DNA from: Antedon mediterranea
Taxonomy: Eukaryota > Animalia > Echinodermata
Direction of reading: 5' to 3'
Assembly (NCBI RefSeq): GCF_964355755.1
Contig: NC_092674.1
Span: 12,152,001-12,216,000 of the forward strand
Length of the DNA: 64,000 bases
Positions 1-14,269 of the stretch are shown one piece after another (positions within the stretch are counted from its first letter, which is position 1; the number at the start of each line of letters is the position of its first letter). The position numbers and the translations under genes were made by a program. Under the pieces are notes generated by a model. That model saw only the letters and a program-made list of their open reading frames with translations, had not been told where the DNA came from and made no database searches.

Positions 1-450
1 CATTGGGATGTTCCAGTCTATAGCGGATTTGTGACTGTCTGTAATTACTTTACTATCACCCGACTAAAGCACATGGCTTAAATAGTACCGGTATGTTTGT
101 ATTGTTGTTATGGCCTTTTTTAAATAATATACTATAATGTACCGACGTACTGTGTATTATTATTATTTATGTCTTTGAATTTCCTAATTGACCCAAACAT
201 GACGGATACACTAGATAGGCCTAGATAGTTATTACTCTACTGTATTTAAACACTTGTTATTTACAGTATACTGTAGTAATATTCTTAATTAACCTTATTA
301 TTTTTTTCTATCTTTTTTTTTCTTTTTAATAATGTTACTTTTTTTATGTAATACAACTGATGATGATGAAGATCACAATCCCGATCTTATGTATAATGAA
401 TCTAAATACTACCATGCTGAAGAATTTAAACAATTAATATATAGTTTAAA

Positions 451-2915
451 AGATGTATTGTCCCCCAAAAAATGAAAAATAAAGATGAAAAAAATCAAAT
501 TTTGAATAGACCGTTTTGTAGTTAACATAAAGTTATTCACTTCCACCGAAAAAAAATCCGAAAAAAATATTGATTTCGCTTATAAAAAAATCAAAATAAG
601 TTTATCATTTTTTCGAACTCATCGGCTCAGAAATTAAGCCGGTAGAGCTAACTCATACATATGCATGATATGTTAATGAGCATCCACACAGCAGAGATCT
701 GAATTCTGATCTAACAATGGAAGATGCACGTTGTATGTACAACAACACCACCAGAGATCGACGCGACTCGACTGTGGGTTTCCCTGGCCTGATCGTATAA
801 ATATGTAAAGCTGAGCTGTTAATTTGTCGGTAAGTAGGCCTAGACGGTTATTTTAAATATAATATATATATAACGCAATAATAACAGGAAGGTAAATTAA
901 TTAACTTAGCCTGGGATTTTTTCAGTTCAGGGCTAGGCCTAGAATAATTAATACATGCTGCTGCATATTACTAGGCTAGTAGCAAGCAGACTGTGACAAT
1001 CGGGTCCCTGCAGAAGATGCCCAGCTAGGCCCTATACATTGTACTCTTCATAGACTGGCCTAGGCTATATGCCATCAATCTTAGCTACATTCCGAAAATA
1101 CAGCCAGCTTGCTGTACCATATATATTTACAGTTGAAGCTTGTTTAACTAATTTTTATGATAAAAATAAAACAAACATTTTTCAGGGAAAATGGTTGCAA
1201 TACAAGCTTGAAATTGAGAACCTTCCAGCTAGCAGCACTGTACAAGTAGACAGAGGGGAAAAGCCAGCTTAGCCATTTTACAACACAAACAAATGTTCTC
1301 TGTACTGTAGTAAGTCAAATATTTGTTTTCTCTTTTTATAAGTTATAACATTATAAGTAATGTGTTTTAATTACCATAGAAAGGTAGTATACTTATTTGA
1401 CTATGTCAAAGTAAGCAATTTCACTAGCCCAATTTTGCACTAAATATGCATGATCTATTTTTTCCAGATTTTCATACTTTGCTTTTACTTTTTTTAAAGA
1501 CGTTGAGCTGATGAAGACTGGAACAGAGGTCACCCAAAGACAACAATGATAGACTCGGTATTGGAATATGATTGGATATTGCAGGAAAAATATTTCCGAC
1601 TCTCCTGCTGCATTCGGCCAATATGTTCTTGTCCAGCTTGTAAAATATTGTATAATTTTTTTTGTATTATATGTACAGTATATTATTTTGTAAACATAAC
1701 ATTCAATAAATAAAAAAAAACTACAACAGTACACAGGATAAATTCTTCAAATTTACTTACACTTCATAATTTTACTGTAAATATTACAGTGCAAAAGGAG
1801 TTAATAAAATATATATATACAGTATATCTTATTGAATTCCTGTATTGTTTTTTGTGTCAATTTGTCTAATAATTATCAATGTGTTGATTGTGGCAGTAAT
1901 TATGACAGCTATAGTCTTCTAAGATCGCTCACATTCATTACATAGTGTCATTTTAATAGTAAGAAACGTTTCAATAAATTGTGAATGTTGCCACTGTACG
2001 ATACATTTTATGTTTCTCACTACTTGCTCTTATTGTTCAATCAATCAACCTAAAAAAAAAGAAATTTGTGTCAAAATATCTGCATAAAATGTTTATTTGC
2101 GGAATGTTAATTTGAACCTATTGCATTTGATACAGAAAATATTTTTAAAATATTGCATCAGTAAAACATCCAAAACAATATTTATTTAGATTTTCTTTTT
2201 TTTTTTTTTTTTTTCACTGCCGAATAGATAGTTGAAATCTTTAAAAATTAAACCAATTCATTATGATAGAAGCAAAAATACATCCCTTCTGGTGGTGGTC
2301 TACTGTAGCCCTAGCTAGCAGTATACTGCCTAGGCCTACTACACTCTACTTCTAGAGACAGAAGTAGGCAGCAGTTAGGCTACTCGAGACTGTCAGTGCT
2401 AGTAGTAGTAGACTAGTAGTACAGTAGCAGCAAATTCGGGCCTAGGCCTAGCTAGGCCTCTCCTGTTAGCGAAACAAAAACTCACCTAAATGAATAAGAT
2501 TCAACATCAAAGTTACCAACTGTAATTCTAACTTAGCATTCTGCTAGCTATAGTTTTCGTGTTTTTTCAAGATTCGTCTCGCATCACTACTCGACTCTCT
2601 CGCACGCATCATGCATTGCTATCGTTGTTGGCTGTTGATTTGGAAAGCATCATCATCCACATGGTGTATCCATACAATATGAATATTTATGAGCTAACTC
2701 AGGTCAAGGGTTAAATTAAACCGGAACACATTTGTCTTCCAGACAAATAGCTTCCGGTTGGTTAATTTTTGCATTAAATTGCGATTTTCCCTTGTAAAAA
2801 ATTATTTTTTTCAATCCAAATTGAGGTCAAAGTGAATAACTTTTATGTGCAATTAAAATGGCCTATTCAACAAAAATATTGAAAAAAAATTTTTTTTCAA
2901 GGGGACAATACATCT
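451..2915. mobile_element. Kolobok-like non-autonomous DNA transposon (TTAA target)
   Basis: TIR AGATGTATTGTCCCC / GGGGACAATACATCT, TTAA at 2916-2919 (left TTAA offset by one A), and similar subterminal blocks. The same termini recur at 12477, 26642 and 50152. Confidence 0.75.
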
Positions 2916-3426
2916 TTAAACATATTTGATGATGATTCTTTTCTTTCACTTAACTGTCGTAGTATCGTTAAGTTTGAATAGTTGTCACATTTTATTGCGT
3001 CACTAATTATAAGTTCTCTGTCATTGGCGAATAAGAATAAACTATTATTCTGACAATAATTGAACTGTAAACATAATTCTTTTGTGGGTTTTTTTTTTTT
3101 ACATATTTTTATATTTCCCTTCAGATCAATTTTATTTTCATTACATCTAACCAAACAGGTAAACAATGTGGTTAAAAAATCTTATCATCTAGCACGTACG
3201 GCCGTACGCGCTAGATTGTTTACTCAAAAGTCCTTGAAAAAAAAAATTGGGCAAATAAGAATAAACTATTATTCTGACAATAATTGAACTGAACAAGTTA
3301 TGAAAAATAAACGGTGTGGTAAAATGTTATCAGATGATTACATATAGTTAATATAACTTGAACTTTACATTTCTGGTATTTTTATTCAACTTCCGATTTA
3401 TATTTTCATGCTATATAGTCCATTGC

Positions 3427-4346
3427 CCGGACGCGATTTTTTTTTTCGTACATAAGTTGGGGACCCCCTCATAAAACGTCACAAAATAAACATGAATAAT
3501 TCATCAGTTACATTTTCTTGTTCCGTGTGCACCCAAGCGTATAGCAACAAGAAGTGATTACACAACTGCGATACGATACTTTTACAGTAGGCCTAGGATT
3601 CTAAGTCAATTCACGTGATTGCCTTCGCGCACTCTTCTTCACACACACACACACACCACTATGCAAAATGTGTCGAGTCGAGGCTAATCGACAGCTAGGC
3701 AAGACATTAAACTAAGTAGTAATTCATTGGACATAGCCCAAAGAAAGCTTAGACCCACAAGAATAAAGAATGTGTATAATTTGTGTACTGTATTTTTTTA
3801 ATTCTGCTATTTTATTATCAAACAATATGCATGTAATCAAAGGAACTTTAAAAATGCGCGTATATGAACGCATGAGATGGGAAGATTAGACCCACGAGAA
3901 TAAAAAATGTATTTTTGTGTAATGTTTATTGTTTAATTTTGCTGACTCTAACACACACGTCACACACACCAACACAGCTACTACTAGAATAGACATGGGT
4001 TTAGAGAATAGTAATTAGGCCTAATAGTATCAATAGAAACTATAATTTTAACACGTAATTCTTTAGTAATAAATTATATTAAACACACCATAAACTAAAG
4101 GCTGATTATTTCGACAATCCACACAAAACGCCGCTATTCTATTATGAAATCGCACGCGGCAACCACAGCGGAGATAGGCCTAGAATCGTACCGCCCTTGT
4201 GTAAACTACTGTAATCACTTCTTGTTGCTATACGCTTGGGTGCACACGGAACAAGAAAATTTAACTGATGAATTATTCATGTTTATTTTGTGACGTTTCA
4301 TGAGGGGGTCCCCAACTTATGTACGAAAAAAAAAAATCGCTACCCG
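3427..4346. mobile_element. MITE with ~135-bp terminal inverted repeats
   Basis: 3432-3562 (CGCGATTTTTTTTTTCGTACATAAGTTGGGGACCCCC...CAAGAAGTGATTAC) is the reverse complement of 4211-4340. Confidence 0.85.
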
Positions 4347-6859
4347 CACACAAACAATACAATTATCTGAGCTGTACCAAAAAAGTGTTGTGAAACTTAT
4401 TTTTAAGTTTCATCATAAGAAGTTGCTTAGAATAACTTTTGATTTTTTATTTGTTACAAACAGTTCTTAACATAACTATGAGACAAGGGCTAAGGACAAT
4501 TTAAGCACTGCTTTTAAATGGACCCTATTAGGTCAACAAAGTATTACATACAGAGGCACTGGCGTGTGGAACGCACTACCCAATGACATTAAAATGTTAA
4601 CTTGTAGGTCTAGGTATGTCCAAACATAAAAGTCATGATGTGTTACCAGTTATCTTTAATTATAAGTTCCTGGTTAATTATTTTTCTCACAGCATTTGAT
4701 TTGTTATTATCACTGCATTATTTCTATTGTTAGTATTGTTATTATTATCGTTACAATTATTATGGTACATTTTACTGATTTTATTTATTTATTTCCTTCT
4801 TTATTTATTACAAATTTATAGGCTTTGCGTCTAAAACTTTTGCCTACAGCTTAACCCCTTCAACAAACTTCAAAATAAATTTATATTTACTTTGTATTTA
4901 ATAATATTCAAAAATATAATTATTATTTATGTATACTTTTCATCTGAGGTTGTGAATAAAGTTATATATATAGGTTCCTAATAGCCAGCATAGGACCACT
5001 TTGTAATTCCCAAAATCACACCTTTATCACACACCTCGAAAGTATGCAAAGTAGTAGTACAAGTTAAATAAAATATGCAAATAAGGGGAATTAAAGTTTT
5101 CCTATATCTCGAATACTACTAATGCTAGAGTTGGCACAATTTGTAGAGTTGATTGAAAGGTCATTAGTGGTTAGGACAAGAATTGAAAATAAAAAGCCGA
5201 TAGAAAGTCCGAACTCCCCTTCCGCATAGCAATTTTACCAATACATACAAAACGGTGTTTACTTACCTTCACATTTAACTGAATGTAAAGTTAGTAGAAA
5301 TCCTAATATTAACAAAAAATACCTAATTTCGAACATATCTGTAACTTCAAACTCGGAACGTAGGCCCTAACAAACGAATGTTTGATTATTTTGCAATATA
5401 ACTTCCGTGTACTGTGATGATATGCTCTGTTTGTTTTTTTGAATTGATCATTGTTTAGCTTATCAACAAATACTATACTACAAGCACCATTCGACAGTAA
5501 AGCGGTGTACACAGTTAGGTTATCATGAAACACTTAGGCTAGGCAATCTATCTAAAACAAACACCGGGTCGCGATTTTTTTTTCGTACATAAGTTGGGGA
5601 CCCCTTAATGAAACGTCACAAAACAAACATGAATAATTCATCAGTTAAATTTTCTTCTTCCGTGTGCACCCAAGCGTATAGCAACAAGAAGTGACACAAC
5701 TGCGATACGATTCTAGGCCTATCTCCGCTGTGGTTGCGGCGTGCGATTTCATAAAAGAATAGCGGGGTTTTGTGTGGATTGTCGAAATAATCAGCCTTTA
5801 GATTATGATAGTGTTTTTAATATAATGTATTACTAAAGAATTAATTACGTGTTAAAATTATAGTTTCTATTAATACTATTAGGCCTAATTATTAGTCTCT
5901 AAAGCCCATGTCTATTCTAGTAGTCTGTGACGTGTAGGTGTGACGTGTGTGTTACTGTTAGGTATGACACAGTCCGAGTAATAAATCAGCAAAATTAAAC
6001 AATTACATTACACAAAAATACATTTTTTATTCTCGTGGTTCTAATCTTTCCATCTCATGTGTTCATAATTTAACGCGCATTTTTAAAGTTCATTTGAGTA
6101 CATGCATATTGTTTGATAATAAAATAGCAGAATTAAACAAGAAATATTTCTTACAAAAAACGCCGCGTAACGTTTTGACTGGACAGCTGTAAGAACAGTC
6201 TTCATTAATTTAATATAATAGGTCGGCCAATCAAAACGCAAGTGAACAAATGGGACTTTACTTTTGATTTATGTCATTGGCCTGTCAGCACAGTCGTTTA
6301 TTTCTAGAATTAAACGCACAAACTTGTATTGGGAATAATGTATGTTTATGTGGTTATTACTATCGCATTTAGGTATTGATAATAATAATATGGCTTTTGA
6401 ATATATAATTACTGTCTGTAGAATAACATTTATACATTTTCGGTTCGCGATGAAAAGTTATATGAATGGATTTGTAATAGGTATTTATAATAATAGTATA
6501 TGGGTTGTATTATTGCTAAGCTATCACCAAATCGCGTTATACCATTATTTCTCAGGTTTTTTTGCACCATTGATCAATACCAAACGCTTATCGGTATTAT
6601 AGTTTTTAATGAATCATTACATTAATAAAAATACCCAATTAAATCAATCGCGTCAGTCCAATTCCGACTTATGTTTCGATCACATAGTTCTGTGTCTACA
6701 CTGTCCCAACTACTTTAACAAAAAAAGTGTGATGTGCCCAAATATGGTAGTGATATGCCCGAATATTGTAGTGGACATCGTCATGTCTATATAATATGGG
6801 CACATCATATTTAGTTTGATAGTATAGACAGAGCTTAAGGATTATATTTAAAAAATGTT

Positions 6860-7085
6860 TTCTTACATTTTGAAAAAAAAGTATTTATTTGTTTATAAGC
6901 CCAATTTTCCAGTCTTAATTTTACATTTTGGAAAAAAAGTATTTTATTTGTTGATAAGCCCAATTGTGCAGTCTTATTTTACATTTTGAACGAAAGTTTT
7001 TATTTGTTGATAAGCCCAATTTTGCAGTCTTATTTTACATTTTAAACGAAAGTATTTATTTGTTGATAAGCCGAATTTCCAGTTT
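6860..7085 (+). repeat. ~57-bp tandem repeat inside the HINE-like element
   Basis: Repeated TTACATTTTGAACGAAAGTATTTATTTGTTGATAAGCCCAATTTTGCAGTCTT. Also at 7635-7725, 39470-39695 and 40245-40335. Confidence 0.8.
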
Positions 7086-8006
7086 AATAATAATGACCCT
7101 TCCACAGTGCTTATACCATATAAATTTTACATGATATTGACCGTGGGTTCTTTACGCCTCTGATGCATTTGTTTTTATTGTACCTTTTTAATAATTTATT
7201 ATATGTTTAGGCCTAATCACACCCAATTTAATGAAACAGTCAGATTCCGATTTCAATTGAACGAAAGTAGTACTGTATTTATTATTCATTGATAAGCCAA
7301 GGGTCCCATGGCGTTAGCCGATATCTTGAGCATTTGACTCATGTGTCAACCTGTAACACAAATCATTCTTCAAAATTTAAAGAAAGAACCTCACACGTCT
7401 TTTTTGTGAGTGATACACTATGGATATGCCCACGGAAATAATGTGTGGACATTGCAAACAATCATAGGCCTACAGTAACAAACATAACATGGCTAATAAG
7501 CATAACACTCAGACTTGTTTGTTTTCTAGTGGATTTTTATTTACTTTAGCATGTAGAATAAAACTAGTAACAGTGGCTATATTAATAATTATTATACTGA
7601 TTATCCTTGATGTTATCGCGTCTAATAATAAAATATTTTGTTGTTGATAAGCCCAATTTTTTAGCCTTGATTTTACATTTTGAACGAAACTATTTATTTG
7701 TTGATAAGCCCAATTTTGCAGTCTTAATAATGACCCTTCCACAGTGCATTTTACATGGTATTGACCGAGGGTTTTTACGCCTCTATAGCCACTGATCAAT
7801 ACCACAATTAATGTACTTTTTTAAATGAATATTGAAATGTTTCAACATACCCAATTCAAAAAAACGGTCCGTTTTCGGGTTCAATCTTTTGATTAGAGAG
7901 GTTGGAGTTTCATTTTGAACGAAAGTATTTATTTGATTGATAAGCCAAATTTCTCTTCCTAATGATTTGAGATTCAACGGGTTTTGCTTTCAATTGTATA
8001 ATAATA

Positions 8007-8010
<4 letters not shown>

Positions 8011-8064
<54 letters not shown>
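8011..8064. repeat. (TA)n microsatellite
   Basis: About 27 consecutive TA units. Confidence 0.95.
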
Positions 8065-8071
<7 letters not shown>

Positions 8072-8294
8072 GTATAATTATGAATTCACCAACACTTTCA
8101 GGCCCAATAATGATCCCGGGCCCGAGTTTTTGTAGACCGGACTTCCATGCACAGCCACATGTTAAGGAATATGAATCTCTTTATTATTTTAATATGGTTC
8201 GAAATGATATTACACAACAACGATTAGACAGCAACTGTGCAAGAGTCCAACTAATAAAATCGGAATGATCAATTAATTGAACATTTACAGCATA

Positions 8295-8654
8295 AGGCCC
8301 ATACACTAGGACGATAACGATCGACGATAAATAGACAAATGTGCATTTTTAATAAATAAACCAAAAGAAATATAAACAATTCCTTTGATGAAATTATATT
8401 TTCACACGTCCAATCAAATGACGTCATGATTAGTAAGACCAATAATATCGTGACAATACAGCGATTTTATTGTTTTTATTTATCATGACGTCATTTGATT
8501 GGAATTTGAAAAACATTATTTTTATCAAAGACAGCATAAATGATTATCCTATAGGTCTAGAACGAAAACCTTTCTAATTTCTTTTGGTTTATGTAAAAAA
8601 AATGCATGCTATATATTTATCGTCCGTCGTTATCGTCATAGTGTAATTGGGCCT
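8295..8654. mobile_element. PIF/Harbinger-type fold-back MITE
   Basis: AGGCCCATACACTAGGACGATAACGA ... TCGTTATCGTCATAGTGTAATTGGGCCT; imperfect inverted symmetry over most of its length; ATA/TTA flanks. Confidence 0.7.
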
Positions 8655-11600
8655 TTATACAAAAAAAAATAAATTGATTACGAAGTTACATGTCATTTTC
8701 ACCTATCACCAAAAAACTAACCTTTTCAACACTAATTGTTACGAAGCCAATTTATGTTATATATTTCATTAAAACTGAACTTTACGGTAAATGAAGAGTA
8801 AGTATCAGTTATCTAGTTATATTATTCATATTAACAGTTAATATGAATAATATAACTAGTAGGTCTATGAACTTGCGTCCAGACACAGAACTGTGACATT
8901 ACTATCATAAATGTTGAAACCACTTATAAAACCTTTTTTTAAAGAAAATCTAATTGTGTTAGGAGAAGGCTAATAAACAAATAGATAATGTACAAACCTT
9001 TTTCTGGAATAATTAATGGAGCAGGCGTTCCTAATAATCTGCTGCTGCTACCTAGACTGATTGTTCACCTTCTGACGATAATTGATTGGACCCCCCCCCC
9101 CCCCCCCCACGGCATCTGATAACCAACAAAAAATTTACCAGGACTGTTTCAATGATTTAATATCTGACGGCGTATTATTATAACATTGGCCTCGATTGAC
9201 AGTCAAAAGAAAGTCATTATAAATACCTCCCTTTATGTTGACAGAGCCAAAATAAAGTTTTGACCATTATCGAATGATTATTTGACAGTGACTTATTATA
9301 GCTAGATGGTACGCTCGCTTCACTCGCGTACCATCTAGGTCGTGCCCACAGATGGTTCTCGAATACATAATAATTTCAACGTTAAAAAAATGGCGATTTC
9401 AAATGTACAATAATGCAGGACAATAATACATGTCGTTTACAGGAACGAATAAATAGACACTGTGATTTATGTACTCAACTAAAATTAGCACCCTGGGAAT
9501 TACTTCCGAAAGAGAAACTTGTCACAAAATGAGACCAATTGTTTAAGTCAGATTTAAACAAACTTAATTTGTGTTTTGTATTTAACATTATGGTTGAGGG
9601 ATGGGGAAGAGGATGGGTGCAAAGAGGAACAATTTTTAAATATATTTTTTATTTTGTAACGAAATATTAATTGTTTTCATGTTTTACAAATAATATACCA
9701 CTAAACACAGTAAAACATTGCGATGTAATACTTTATTGAAACTATCACCGTCGTAGTCGATTGAAATAGTACAGTACATGTAACGATACACTACGACGTA
9801 TGTTTCTATATATAAATTATGGTTAATTCTGACATAGGCGAGCACAATGCAAAAACTTCGGTACAAATCTCCGCCTTGGATACCTACCTTATCTATCCGA
9901 GATGTACCGCGAAACGTCGATTTGATAACATTAGTGTTCACGCCGACGCTATTGTTCCATATTTATATCTTAAGAAGATATTATAAAGAGTTTTTAGCAA
10001 CATTTATGATTTCAACATTAGATTTTCCTCTCAATTTCAATTCTTCCCGGTCAAAGTAATTTCCGGGTTTAAGATAAGTTCACCTTGCAAAGACCTGGTT
10101 TCAAATATTTTCTCTCTTTTAAACACAAGGGAGCAGTTAAAATAATAGATTTGACCCTAAAGGTGACTGGAAACAGGCACTTTCCATCAATCAATACAGT
10201 GTCCCTTTGGAAGACAGTAGTTAAATAATAGGAATTATACTGCAAATTAATAAAGATCAAATTAAATATACGCCATAAAGAATCAGAATATACTGTGGGG
10301 AATAGTATTATAAAATTACATAGGGAGATTTGATGATAAGACATTTTTGGAGTCAAATCCCGATAGCTGAGTTTTATTGAGTAAGCTTGCAGGAATAACA
10401 GTAGGCTATCTTCCTGTGTCCCATTAGGACCAAGATGTCTGCCCATGTTGCAAGCCGTAATGTCTTCTTTCTTGGGCCCACTCTGTCACGGCAGTTAGTT
10501 TCAAAAGATGATTAAATTAAATAATGTATTAATAATTATTAGGATGGTATTCATTTGAATAAACGCCTCTCCAATAAAACATCACTTTGAATAATAAACC
10601 ACACCCCCCCCCCCCCCAACCCAACTATCTAATAAACGTCCATCCACATATTTATAATAACACAATTATACTATTTGTAGTAGAATTCACCGCACTGTTA
10701 TCTACAATTTACCAAGCATTTGTTATTCTTTTTTAGCACTTTTCATATCTATTAGAGGATTTCATTTGATTATAAATGTTATATTATAAAATTATTATAT
10801 TATTAAAACTAAAAAATTGAACATATATCCCTCGAATAAGCACCTCCCTCAAATGACCTCCGCCTCCCCAAAGGGCCCTACCAAACAATAAAAACTATAC
10901 TTTAAAATGTTATTAATCATCTAAAACACTGTGAAATAAAGTAGTTTAGTTTAAAGAATGTCAAGCATTTTCAATAATGGTAACCGACAGAAAACGTACA
11001 CTGTAAAAACTGGCGCTGTATTTTAACACGTTGTGATGTTTAATTATCAACGGTAGGTGTTAAAATAGCATATTATTAACACTTGGTGTGTTATCAGTGC
11101 CGTTAAATTTTAACACCATGGTGTTTATAACGATCATTGTATTTTAAAATAAAGTTTTACATGGGAAATAATACATAGGCCTATGCTATGATAGGCCTTA
11201 TTCATTTTCGTGATTTAAAAACATTGGTAAACCTATGAATATGAATTTCAGAGCTACGAATATCTCAGCTTTTTTTCCTGTTTTGTTATATTTACTCCGT
11301 GAAAATATTTTATTAACGCATGACGTTTAAAGTATACTCGTTGAAGCTTCTCACTGTTTAACGCATAGCGCTTGCAGATAAGAAGTCACATGATCACGCG
11401 GCGCGCGCGATCCGAGCGACGACGAGAGGCCGGTTTAAGGCCGGTGCACACCGAACGCGAAGCCGCGAAGCGTCATGCGTCACGCGTCATTTGACGGATC
11501 GCTTTGAAAGTTGAATTGTCATGCGTCTATTAGTTTTTCTTGTCGGTTCCCACTAAACGCGTCACGATGTGCTGATTCGTCGCGATTGCTAGGCCTAGGA

Positions 11601-12476
11601 GATAGTGGGTTGGCCAATAATACAATGCTACATTTAAAATAATCAGAGAAGATGACTCTGAAGTATTTCCTATGTAAGTTTAACCAGAGAAGAGTTAAAT
11701 TAAAATGTAATTTAACTCTTCCCTGGTTACACCAATCACAGTGTTTGGTTTTGGTGGGAAAATGTTATCCTTTTCCAAAGCCTGAAATGTGCATGATTGT
11801 ATGTATATATAACAAGGACAGAAGAAGATGTATCCAATATCAATACAGTTACAAGAATTAAAGCATTTATTGCATGTTGATTACACGTACATGTGATCTG
11901 CTGACTGTATTTATTAGTGGTGTTACAAATATCTTTCAACAGAGGTTATTATAACCATATAAAACATTTCATATAAACACGAACTGGGAATCTTCATGGG
12001 TTTGTCACTTTAAAAATATAAACTATATGCCTATATATTAATGTAAAGTTTTCACATTTATTTTCTAATTATTATTAAATATTATATTATTCATGAAAAA
12101 ACATACAGTTTTATTCTCATTTTATTAAATGTAATAAATATCTCAAACTCATATTTACACTGTATTTATTATCTTATGACTTTTTTTTCACATAAATACA
12201 CTTATTGAAATAGTGAATCATTGTTTTTAAAGGTATCGTTAAATATCAACCAGATTTTCTTTTTTACTACTCCTGAATACTTTTGCAAAATAATATCAAA
12301 ATAATAAATTTAAAATGTATCATCCCAAAAAAAATGAAAATTGAAGAAATATTATTATTGTTAAAAGTGAATAACTAACCCTAAAGTGTTATACTGTATT
12401 ACACACAACGAAAATGTTTTAAATTATATTTTCAGGAAGACAATATATCTTTTCCAAAAAATGACACTAAACTTAA

Positions 12477-12650
12477 AGATGTATTGTCCCATAGAATCAT
12501 GAAAAATGAAGATGATTAAAGTCAAATTTGAATAGGCCATTTTGTAGTTTTAACAAAGTTAATCACTTACATAGAAAAAACCCAACAAAACTTATGTTTT
12601 CACTTATAAAATGAAAAACATTCCATTAGCTGGCAGCCAATTTTACTATT
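12477..12650 (+). mobile_element. Truncated Kolobok-like MITE fragment
   Basis: TTAA followed by AGATGTATTGTCCC and a subterminal block matching 451-600. A more degenerate fragment lies at ~12310-12380. Confidence 0.6.
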
Positions 12651-13134
12651 TTTTTAGTATTGGAGTATAACAAAACATATACATATATTTCCATGTGTTC
12701 TCTATTGCTAAAAAAAGACATTCAGTTCAGCTTTCCTTCTATAACCACTTAATAAATACTAGTTACAGTCCAACTCCTCCTTAATCTCTTCCATTTTCTA
12801 TTTAAAAAAAAAATGAAACAAGTATTAAAAAATTGCTATAGTAAGGCATATTGCTCAAATCATTTTTTTCTGGCCAATGTATGTCACCAACTGACATACC
12901 CATTTGAAAAAAGTCTATACAAACCTGTATCAGCCTCATAATTGCCAGTCCACGTTTTTGAGGAGCAATTGCTCTTAATTCCATGGCAATAATAATACTG
13001 GCCGCTTAAACTACTAGCTTGGTCATTGGTGGAGTTTGTAACGCTGGTAATAGCCTGAAGGATCCCATTTATCAATATTCATCTAATTGACCTAAAAAAA
13101 ACAACAGTATTTATGTATTAATATTACTACTACT

Positions 13135-13492
13135 AGGCCTATCCTAGCCTTACAACACTAAATCAACTAAATATTAGGCCTATAAATATTAATTAATAAT
13201 AATAAGTAGGCCTAAGCTAGGTACTGTACTCATATTTAGTAGTAGGCTTAACCTAGGCTAGGCCTGGCCTAGCACATAGTAGACTAGTAGGGATTAGTAA
13301 GTATTATGTAGGCCTATAAGTACTACTTGGCATGGCCTAGCCTACTAGGGTATATGTAGCCTAGGCTAGGTAGGCCTAGCTAGGCCCTAGTATTGCCTAA
13401 ACCTAGGTAGGCCTAGCTAGGCCTAGCCTAGGCTAGAAATAGGCTTGCCAACTCACTTTACAAATTGATCTCTGACGCGTTTTAGGCCTAGT
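13135..13492. repeat. CTAG/GGCCTA-rich low-complexity tract
   Basis: Dense aperiodic mixture of TAGGCCTA, TAGCTA and TAGCCTA. Confidence 0.85.
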
Positions 13493-14269
13493 TTTTCTGG
13501 CATTCTTCTACACAGATGTTTGTCTGAAATTATTGTCTTCATGCATTAATCCTTATGTTTCTGTCTGTGTTTGACTTACTTCCCTTATCGTAAAGACAAG
13601 AAGGGTAAGTATTTCCATAAAGACCTCGCTCGTCAGCCACCATTTTTTTGCCGTCGGTGTCGTCGATGAGAGATATTCCTGACTTCTGATTGGTTGACGA
13701 ACGCAAACCGCGCTCGCGACGCCTCAAAAAGTTGACCAAGGTTCAACTTTTGAAAATTCGCGTGCGAAGCCTTCGCTGCTGTCGTTTTCAACGCGTTGAA
13801 GTTGAAATTCGACTATCGTACACTGTTCGCTTGTATGTTCACACTGGAAGCGTCCGTCGCCTGCCGCGTGCGTCACTTTTTAACGCGAAATTCGCGGCTT
13901 TGCGTTTGGTGTGCACAGGCCTTTAGAGATTCAGGCGCCATTGTTTTCCATTGGCGAGCGGGATAATCGCAGAAGATCACAATCACTAATCACATCAATC
14001 TTCTTTCATCGTATAGGTAATTGTTATCTGTATTTTGAACTACTGATAGTTTTATCCTGTTTTGGTCGTAGTTCGAAGTGAAGGATATTTGTAATTATGG
14101 CCTAGCTAGGATCTCCTAGTATTTAACTGTAACATAGATTAGGCTAGGCCTGATGGACCAGTGCGTTCGCCATACTACTTTCTTACACAACCGCCGCGCG
14201 CGCCTTTTGGCGCAAGTCCTCTCTCCCCGAGTTTATGGTCCGGTCGCATTTGAACAGTCAGACATTAGA

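Larger units (their letters stand above)
355..4620 (+). mobile_element. Degenerate LINE (L2/Crack/CR1-group) fragments interrupted by two DNA-transposon insertions
   Basis: Endonuclease-proximal peptide ..NPDLMYNESKYYHAEEF (375-427) resumes as FLSLNCRSIVKFE (~2939-2978) after the 451-2915 insertion. ORF2 C-terminal signature HNYETR..QQSITYRGTGVWNALPNDIK lies at 4471-4593. Confidence 0.6.
11438..13922 (-). mobile_element. PIF/Harbinger element with degenerate MADF (Myb/SANT-like) gene remnant
   Basis: TIR AGGCCGGTGCACACCGAACGCGAAGCCGCGAA versus AGGCCTGTGCACACCAAACGCAAAGCCGCGAA, with TTA TSD. Minus-strand YPSCLYDKGSK..NA(*)..VEECQK..KRVRDQFVK ends at a GTGAGT donor (~13456), followed by a BESS-like AMELRAIAPQKRGLAIMRLIQV. 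Confidence 0.8.

Noticed and set aside
5265-5415. Weak similarity to 34410-34565
   Set aside because: Only short shared words (ACCTTCACATTT, ATAACTTCCGTGTAC); too degenerate to define an element by eye.
6342-7977. Short ORFs duplicated at 38870-40414
   Set aside because: They lie in two copies of a non-coding repeat, differ by indels between copies, and show no protein motif.
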